64,000 nt of DNA from NCBI GenBank assembly GCA_020161265.1, contig JAIUOC010000003.1, positions 43,024 through 107,023 of the forward strand, read 5' to 3'. A program made the position numbers and the translations under genes. Of the stretch, positions 57,855 to 64,000 are shown piece after piece. Position 1 is the stretch's first letter. Each line of letters opens with the position of its first letter. Origin of the DNA: Chloroflexota bacterium. Lineage in GTDB: Bacteria; Chloroflexota; Chloroflexia; Chloroflexales; Herpetosiphonaceae. The notes beneath the pieces are model-generated. The model saw only the letters and a program-made list of their open reading frames with translations. It had not been told where the DNA came from and searched no databases.

Positions 57855-58706
57855 ATGTTCAAGATTGGTGAATTTTCGCGTTTGGCTCAAGTTTCGGTGC
57901 GGATGCTACGCCATTACGACAAATTAGGCTTGCTCATTCCCAACCAAATCGATCAATGGACTGGCTATCGCTACTACTCAGTTGAGCAATTGCCACGGCT
58001 GCATCGCATTGTGGCACTCAATGGCTTAGGGCTAAGTCTCCAACAAATCGGCGAATTATTGAACCATGATGATCTTTCGGCTGATCAACTGCGTGGGATG
58101 TTGCGCCTGCAAGAAGCCCGCTTAACCGCTGAACTGGCCAAAAAGCAAGCCCAACTAGCCGAAGTCAGTGCTCGCTTGGCCCAAATTGAACATGAACAGG
58201 AGCCATGGCCCTACGCCATGATGCTCAAATCGACCGCTGCTGAGCCGATTGTCAGCATGCGAGCGATTGTACCAAGCCTTGATCAAATGGGCTATTACTG
58301 CCATCGGCTTTATGGATCGCTGTATCAACAAGTGCAACAGCAGCGCATCCCAATCCTTGCCCAAGAAATTACGATCTATCACAACGAGGAGTTTATCGAA
58401 ACCGATATTGGAGTCGAGGTAGCAGTCAGTTTGGCCGAGCACAATCTGGCTCAATTGCCCGATAGCAACATCAAGTTTCAAACCCTGCCCAGCCTCGAAT
58501 TGGCCGCAACCCTCGCTTTTGAAGGCAGTTTTAGCGAAATTCACGCCGCTGCTTTGGCCTTGTTGGGCTGGGTTGGCTTGCACAACTACGAAATGATTGG
58601 GCCGCTGCGCGAATTTCATCGTTCAGGGCCAGCCCACAATGCTCAAGGCGGCATTCAAGAGCCAGCGGTAATTGAATTACAACTACCAATCAAACTACGT
58701 GATTAA
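57855..58706 (+). CDS. MerR family transcriptional regulator with C-terminal GyrI-like effector-binding domain (BmrR/TipA-type)
   Basis: HTH MFKIGEFSRLAQVSVRMLRHYDKLGLL, coiled-coil linker, about 150-aa C-terminal ligand-binding domain. Confidence 0.8.
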   Translation: MFKIGEFSRLAQVSVRMLRHYDKLGLLIPNQIDQWTGYRYYSVEQLPRLHRIVALNGLGLSLQQIGELLNHDDLSADQLRGMLRLQEARLTAELAKKQAQLAEVSARLAQIEHEQEPWPYAMMLKSTAAEPIVSMRAIVPSLDQMGYYCHRLYGSLYQQVQQQRIPILAQEITIYHNEEFIETDIGVEVAVSLAEHNLAQLPDSNIKFQTLPSLELAATLAFEGSFSEIHAAALALLGWVGLHNYEMIGPLREFHRSGPAHNAQGGIQEPAVIELQLPIKLRD

Positions 58707-58720
58707 TGAAAGGAATTAAG

Positions 58721-59452
58721 ATGATCGCCACCAAAGCCTATCCTACAACCAACCAAACTGAACGAAGCACGACCAGCAGCTATCGCTGGGCAGCCGGATT
58801 ACTTTTCGCGCAATTTAGCGTGTTTCTAGTTGCCTTTTTGGTACTCAGCAGCGCCATCGATTGGCCTGCGAGCCTCGATAATCCAGCTTCGCAATCGTTG
58901 CCCTTGATTCTACAAGAACGCTCGGCAGTTGCACTCGGCTATACGGCCTATTTCCTTTCGGCGACTATGCTTATTCCCATTGCTTTGCTGCTATGGCAAA
59001 TTCTAGCGAGCGAAAGCGCCTTGATGCGGGTAACTGCTGGCTTGGGCATGTTGGCGGGCTTTGCCAAATTGCTGGGGATTGGGCGTTGGTTGTTGATGAT
59101 GCCAACCCTTGCCGAACAATATAGCGCCACCAGCGATCCTAACCTACGCGCTACGATCGAAGTGATTTACACCAGTTTCAATAATTATGCTGGCGGTGTG
59201 GGCGAACAAATCGGCGTGGCCTTGTTTGGTGGTTTATGGACGGCAGGCGTAGCCTTGACGATTCTGCGCCAAACAACATTGCCGCGCTGGCTGGGTTATA
59301 GCGGGCTGATCGCCGCCGCCAGTGTGTTAGTTTCGCTAATCGAAGTCTACGGTATTAGTGCTGGGCCAATGTTGACGGTCAGCGGCAGTCTTTGGCAATT
59401 TTGGCTGATTACGCTTGGTGGCATGCTATTGCGCCATAAATCCAAAGCCTAA
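58721..59452 (+). CDS. DUF4386-like integral membrane protein
   Basis: 4-5 TM helices. Tightly coupled to the MerR gene (overlapping stop/start region). AAAGGAA RBS. Confidence 0.55.
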   Translation: MIATKAYPTTNQTERSTTSSYRWAAGLLFAQFSVFLVAFLVLSSAIDWPASLDNPASQSLPLILQERSAVALGYTAYFLSATMLIPIALLLWQILASESALMRVTAGLGMLAGFAKLLGIGRWLLMMPTLAEQYSATSDPNLRATIEVIYTSFNNYAGGVGEQIGVALFGGLWTAGVALTILRQTTLPRWLGYSGLIAAASVLVSLIEVYGISAGPMLTVSGSLWQFWLITLGGMLLRHKSKA

Positions 59453-59469
59453 ATTTACTCAGTATTAAG

Positions 59470-59830
59470 ATACCAACCACGATTCGGGGAACACTGAGCT
59501 GAAAGTCTTAGCGTTCTCCGAATATTCGTTTTATCGATTGTCACTGTTCATCCCAAATCCCTTTACTCGTGCACTTCGCGTTCTTCGTGGTTTCAGTTTG
59601 GTTATAAGGTGTCAGGGGCTAGGGGCCAGTTACTTTTTCTTTCTCAGAACCTCACCCAAACTCACCTATATTTCCAATAGCCAATAGCCAATAGCCAATA
59701 GCCAATAGCCTCAATTACTCTGCGCCTCTGGGTTAAAATGTCCTAACCCCTGATCCCTGATCCCTAGCCCTTCGTAACCTTTGCTATTTACCAATGACAA
59801 TGGTATCTTGTGAGGCGATATTGGCAACTT
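59470..59830. repeat. intergenic word repeats including (ccaatagc)x5 tandem and inverted cagggatcagg words
   Basis: ccaatagccaatagccaatagccaatagccaatagcc at about 59685-59721. ggggctaggggccag upstream. cctaacccctgatccctgatccctagccc downstream. Confidence 0.75.
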
Positions 59831-59831
59831 T

Positions 59832-60776
59832 ATGAATTGGAACCAGGCCATGCATTTTGCTGAACTTGCCAGCGTGCACTATCAAACTCCAACGCTCTTA
59901 ACTATTGGCAAATTTGATGGCGTGCATCAAGCCCATCAACAACTCCTGCGCCGCTTGGTCGAACGCGCTCGCCAGCACAATTGCCATAGCGCAGTCTTGA
60001 CCTTCGATCCGCATCCTGATGAGATTTTGCGGCCTGAGCGTGAGATTCGCTACTTGACCACAATCAACGAGCGAGCAGCATTAATGCAAGAGCTGGGCAT
60101 CGATTTGCTGGCGGTGTTGCCGTTCAACCATGCTACCTCACAGCTTAGCCCCAAGGCTTTTTTACAATTACTCTTGAATCATGTGCCAGTCCGTGAATTG
60201 TGGGTTGGGCCAGATTTTAAGCTGGGCCATCGCGGCACTGGCACAATTCCGGTATTAGAGGAGTTAGGTCAAGAGTTGGGATTTACGGTCGAACCAATTC
60301 CCTACTGGACGCTTGATGGCGAGATTGTTAGCTCAACCGCGATTCGCGCCTGCTTAGCTGCTGGCGATGTCCAAACCGCTAATCACTATCTTGGGCGGGC
60401 ATTTAGCTTGCAAGGCACGGTGGTGCCAGGCGATCAGCGTGGGCGCAAGATTGGCTTTCCAACTGCCAATGTGCAAATTGCCAGCAACCATATGTTGCCT
60501 GCTGATGGTGTTTATGTTTGCAAGGTTCAGTTGCTTGATGATCGCCGTAGTTTTGGTGCTGTGACCAACATCGGTGTGCGGCCAACCTTTGGCGTGCTTG
60601 GCCGCGCAGTTGAAGCTCATTTATTTGATTTCAACGAAGATATTTATGGTCGCCCGTTGCGCGTTAGCTTTTTACAGCATATTCGCGGCGAACAAAAATT
60701 TGCTGGCATCGAACAACTGGTGGCCCAGATTGGCCGCGATGCCCAATTTGCTCGTGAATGGCTTGCCAACGCCTAA
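59832..60776 (+). CDS. ribF: bifunctional riboflavin kinase / FMN adenylyltransferase
   Basis: N-terminal FAD-synthetase motifs LTIGKFDGVHQAHQ. C-terminal riboflavin kinase (GFPTANV, G.R.T.G). Alternative start at 59850. Confidence 0.85.
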   Translation: MNWNQAMHFAELASVHYQTPTLLTIGKFDGVHQAHQQLLRRLVERARQHNCHSAVLTFDPHPDEILRPEREIRYLTTINERAALMQELGIDLLAVLPFNHATSQLSPKAFLQLLLNHVPVRELWVGPDFKLGHRGTGTIPVLEELGQELGFTVEPIPYWTLDGEIVSSTAIRACLAAGDVQTANHYLGRAFSLQGTVVPGDQRGRKIGFPTANVQIASNHMLPADGVYVCKVQLLDDRRSFGAVTNIGVRPTFGVLGRAVEAHLFDFNEDIYGRPLRVSFLQHIRGEQKFAGIEQLVAQIGRDAQFAREWLANA

Positions 60777-60832
60777 AAACCAACCCCTTTTTTAGAATTC
60801 AAAACATTTGTGCGAATTTCTAAAAAAAGGGG

Positions 60833-60861
60833 TTGACTTCTACCCAGCGCAAGAGTATAAT
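60833..60861 (+). promoter_or_regulatory. consensus sigma-70 promoter P1 (TTGACT, 17-nt spacer, TATAAT) with upstream A-tract
   Basis: Seen directly: ttgact at 60833-60838, tataat at 60856-60861. aaaaaaa immediately upstream, consistent with an UP element. Confidence 0.6.
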
Positions 60862-60890
60862 GCCCGCAAGTTTAAACCTCGTATTGTCTC

Positions 60891-60919
60891 TTGACACCTC
60901 CAATCGTTGGTGCTATAAT
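60891..60919 (+). promoter_or_regulatory. consensus sigma-70 promoter P2 (TTGACA, 17-nt spacer, TATAAT)
   Basis: ttgaca at 60891-60896, tataat at 60914-60919. About 215 nt upstream of the rpoB ATG. Confidence 0.6.
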
Positions 60920-61133
60920 CTCCTTTTGCAAAAATAGCTTTTCGTAGTGTTTGGACGAGGCTTTCGATCCACGCCAAGAACTTAAACCAATACCACGCCA
61001 TTGGGCGTATTTTTCGTTGCGCTGCCGCCAAAAGCAGTCAAACTCGCAGCCGGACAACCACAAGTCGCATTTTTGACTACGGGTGTTTGGAGGTGAGCAT
61101 TTTGTGCTTTTGCGGGGCTAGGGAGCGAAGCTG

Positions 61134-64000
61134 ATGCCGCAAGTTCAGTCAACTGTTATCCTGCCACCGCTGATCACGTCCAGTATCTTCCGCGATGACC
61201 AAGGTCGTGCGATGATCGCATCACGTCGGAGTTTTGCTCGCATTACCGATGCGATTGAATTACCGAAGTTGATCGAAACCCAGATCGATTCGTTTCGCTG
61301 GTTTCAACGTGAAGGGCTACGTGAATTGTTCGATGAAATTAATCCCATCGACGATTTCACGGGCAAAAACCTAGAGCTTTCGTTTAGCGATTATGAGTTC
61401 GGCGAACCCCGCTATAACGAATTTGAGTGCCGTGAACGTGATATGACCTACGCCGCACCCCTGCGGGTTCGCGTGCGCTTGAAGGTCAAAACTACCGGTG
61501 AAATCAAGGAAAGCGATATCTTCCTTGGTGACTTCCCATTGATGACCAATAATGGGACGTTTGTGATCAACGGCGCAGAACGGGTTGTTGTGTCGCAGTT
61601 GATTCGCTCACCTGGCGTGTATTTCAAGGAAGAAAAAGAGCCAACCAGCGGTCGTTCGCTCCACAGCGCTAAGTTGATCCCCAACCGTGGTGCTTGGCTG
61701 GAGTTTGAAACGAATAAGCGCGATGTGCTTTCGGTCAAGGTTGATCGCAAACGTAAGTTGCCAGTCACGATCTTGATCCGTGCTGTGTTGGGCTTGTTCG
61801 GCGATAAACCGCTCGATCAATGTGGCCTGAATGAAGACGTGATCGCCTTATTCGGCAATGTCGATGTTAACCGCGACCACCAATATATCGCTTCAACCTT
61901 GGATAAAGACCCATCAACCAATGCCAAAGAAGCGATTATGGAATTGTACAAGCGCTTGCGCCCAGGCGATCCAGCAACCGTCGATAACGCCCGTTCGTTA
62001 TTGGAAACTTTGCTGTTCAACGCCCGCCGCTACGACTTGGGCAAAGTCGGTCGCTATAAATTAAATCGCAATCTCTGGGAAAAAAGCCGCCTCTTCGAAG
62101 GCCAAGAAATTCCCAGCCTAACCATGCGCGTACTCAGCAAAGCCGATTTGTTCAAAATCGTCGAGCGCTTGATCGATCTCAATAATGGGATTGGCAACCC
62201 CGATGATATTGACCACCTCGGGAATCGCCGCGTGCGGACTGTCGGCGAATTGATTCAAACTCAATTCCGCGTCGGTTTGCTGCGGATGGAACGGGTAATC
62301 AAAGAACGCATGTCGTTGCAAGAACCAGAAGCTGCAACTCCCAATGGCTTGATCAATATCCGGCCTGTGGTTGCCGCTATGCGCGAGTTCTTCGGCGGTT
62401 CGCAACTTTCCCAGTTCATGGATCAAACCAATCCATTGGCTGAATTGACCCACAAACGCCGCCTTTCAGCGCTTGGCCCTGGTGGTCTGAGCCGCGATCG
62501 CGCTGGCTTTGAGGTTCGCGACGTTCACCACTCGCACTATGGTCGGATCTGCCCAGTTGAAACGCCTGAAGGTCCAAACATCGGTCTGATCGGTACGATG
62601 TCAACCTTTGCGCGGGTTAACGAAATGGGCTTCCTTGAAACGCCCTATCGTCGCGTCTATCGCGAAGTTGATAATGCCCCGCTCTGGCTTGAACGTGGCA
62701 TGACCACCCGCGATGTGCGTCACCTCAGTACTGGCGAGTTGATCGCCCGCGCTGGAGCACGGGTTGATGCTGAATTAGCCAAGATCATTGCGATCGGTGT
62801 GCTCAATGGCCAATTGCTGCGCGAAGATATTGTCAACCCAGCGACTGGCGATTTGATTGCCGAAGCTGGCTCAGAAATTGACCGTGCCTTGGCAACCAAA
62901 ATTGCCGATTTGCCCTTACGCGCAATCAAAATTCACCCAGTTGTCACCAATGAAACCGACTATTTGCCCGCCGATGAAGAAGATAAGTTCATCATTGCGC
63001 AAGCTAACGCTTTGCTCGACGAACGCTATCGCTTTATCGACCCAACGGTTTCATGCCGCCATGCCGAAGATTTCGTCCAAGCGCCAATCGCCTCGGTCGA
63101 TTATATGGACGTTTCGCCCAAGCAGGTGGTCAGTGTTTCAACCGCGTTGATTCCGTTCTTGGAACACGACGACGCAAACCGTGCCTTGATGGGTTCGAAT
63201 ATGCAGCGCCAAGCTGTGCCGTTGTTGCGCCCTGATGCGCCAATTATCGGTACTGGCATGGAGCACAAAGCCGCCCGCGACTCAGGTCAGGTGGTTGTGG
63301 CTCGTGCCGATGGCGTGGTGCTTTCATCGAATAGCGAACGCATTTTGGTTCGCGAAAACGATGGCACTGAACGCACTTATCCATTGCTCAAGTTCTTGCG
63401 CTCGAACCAAGATACCTGTATCAACCAACGCCCAAGCGTCTTTATCGGCGATAAAATTCGGGCTGGCGAGGTAATTGCGGATAGTTCTTCGACCCAAAAC
63501 GGCGAGCTAGCGCTTGGCCAAAATATTCTCGTGGCCTATATGCCGTGGGAAGGTGGGAACTTCGAAGACGCGATTTTGGTCAGCGAACGCTTGGTACGCG
63601 AAGATATTTTCACCTCGATTCACATTGAAAAATATGAAGTCGAGGCTCGCGATACCAAACTTGGCCCCGAAGAAATTACCCGCGATATTCCGAACGTCGG
63701 CCAAGATAGCCTTAAAAACTTGGACGAACGCGGGATTATCTATGTCGGTGCTGATGTTCAGCCAAACGATATTTTGGTTGGCAAAATCACACCCAAGGGC
63801 GAAACTGACCTGACCGCTGAAGAACGGCTCTTGCGGGCTATCTTCGGTGAAAAGGCTCGCGAAGTTAAAGATAGTAGCTTGCGCGTTCCCAACGGGGTCA
63901 AAGGTAAAGTCATTGATGTCAAGGTCTTTACCCGCGATGAAACAACTGAAATGCCTGTCGGTGTCAATCAAACGGTGCGGGTGATGCTCTGTCAAAAGCG
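61134..64000 (+). CDS. rpoB: DNA-directed RNA polymerase subunit beta, 5' portion (continues past the window end)
   Basis: ATG 61134 with GGGAG RBS. Translation [12 protein letters not shown]...[22 protein letters not shown]...[27 protein letters not shown] is unmistakably RpoB. Open frame to position 64000. Absent from the track because no stop is in the window. Confidence 0.95.
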   Translation, partial: MPQVQSTVILPPLITSSIFRDDQGRAMIASRRSFARITDAIELPKLIETQIDSFRWFQREGLRELFDEINPIDDFTGKNLELSFSDYEFGEPRYNEFECRERDMTYAAPLRVRVRLKVKTTGEIKESDIFLGDFPLMTNNGTFVINGAERVVVSQLIRSPGVYFKEEKEPTSGRSLHSAKLIPNRGAWLEFETNKRDVLSVKVDRKRKLPVTILIRAVLGLFGDKPLDQCGLNEDVIALFGNVDVNRDHQYIASTLDKDPSTNAKEAIMELYKRLRPGDPATVDNARSLLETLLFNARRYDLGKVGRYKLNRNLWEKSRLFEGQEIPSLTMRVLSKADLFKIVERLIDLNNGIGNPDDIDHLGNRRVRTVGELIQTQFRVGLLRMERVIKERMSLQEPEAATPNGLINIRPVVAAMREFFGGSQLSQFMDQTNPLAELTHKRRLSALGPGGLSRDRAGFEVRDVHHSHYGRICPVETPEGPNIGLIGTMSTFARVNEMGFLETPYRRVYREVDNAPLWLERGMTTRDVRHLSTGELIARAGARVDAELAKIIAIGVLNGQLLREDIVNPATGDLIAEAGSEIDRALATKIADLPLRAIKIHPVVTNETDYLPADEEDKFIIAQANALLDERYRFIDPTVSCRHAEDFVQAPIASVDYMDVSPKQVVSVSTALIPFLEHDDANRALMGSNMQRQAVPLLRPDAPIIGTGMEHKAARDSGQVVVARADGVVLSSNSERILVRENDGTERTYPLLKFLRSNQDTCINQRPSVFIGDKIRAGEVIADSSSTQNGELALGQNILVAYMPWEGGNFEDAILVSERLVREDIFTSIHIEKYEVEARDTKLGPEEITRDIPNVGQDSLKNLDERGIIYVGADVQPNDILVGKITPKGETDLTAEERLLRAIFGEKAREVKDSSLRVPNGVKGKVIDVKVFTRDETTEMPVGVNQTVRVMLCQK

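Noticed and set aside
59685-59721. (ccaatagc)x5 tandem repeat considered as a CRISPR array
   Set aside because: Units are 8 nt with no spacers. It belongs to the intergenic word-repeat family, not CRISPR.

Overview
The window is gene-dense and G+C-moderate (roughly 50-55% by eye). It looks bacterial and most resembles a filamentous Chloroflexi genome of the Herpetosiphon type; that is an inference from the composition, the repeat style and the gene content, not a database result. It holds about 75 protein-coding genes. No rRNA, tRNA or CRISPR array is visible.

Recognisable genes include:
- DNA, RNA and cofactor metabolism: sbcD/mre11-like nuclease, tRNA-modification enzymes (MnmE, YgfZ-like), pncB/nadC for NAD synthesis, ribF, and the methylmalonyl-CoA mutase large subunit.
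- Cell division and envelope: minCDE, a sortase, an FKBP lipoprotein, and two tandem secreted glycoside-hydrolase paralogues.
- Regulation and transport: a hybrid sensor histidine kinase with two receiver domains, an ECF sigma / zinc-finger anti-sigma pair, and a cation:proton antiporter followed by a PII-like protein.
- Copper handling and a large aerotolerance-type cluster: a SCO1 / PCuAC pair, and a MoxR-DUF58-VWA-VWA cluster containing a Gln/Gly-rich low-complexity protein.
- At the 3' end: ribF, two tandem consensus sigma-70 promoters, and the 5' part of rpoB, which the ORF track misses because it runs off the window.

The most unusual locus is a tight five-gene operon at 40.7-44.9 kb: a cysteine-less NuoB-like protein, a degenerate NuoH-like membrane protein, an ABC ATPase, an ABC-2 permease and a stand-alone GlpB-like flavoprotein. 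I propose it as an uncharacterised complex-I-module-derived membrane oxidoreductase/transport system.

Other notable items:
- A modular family of G/C-rich word repeats fills at least ten intergenic regions.
- An unannotated 30-aa hydrophobic ORF sits ahead of the MoxR cluster.
- An LEA-like protein carries 33-nt tandem repeats.
- There is a small membrane protein with two CxxCH motifs, a sortase next to a possible non-canonical substrate, and AT-rich islands inside the MoxR/VWA cluster.
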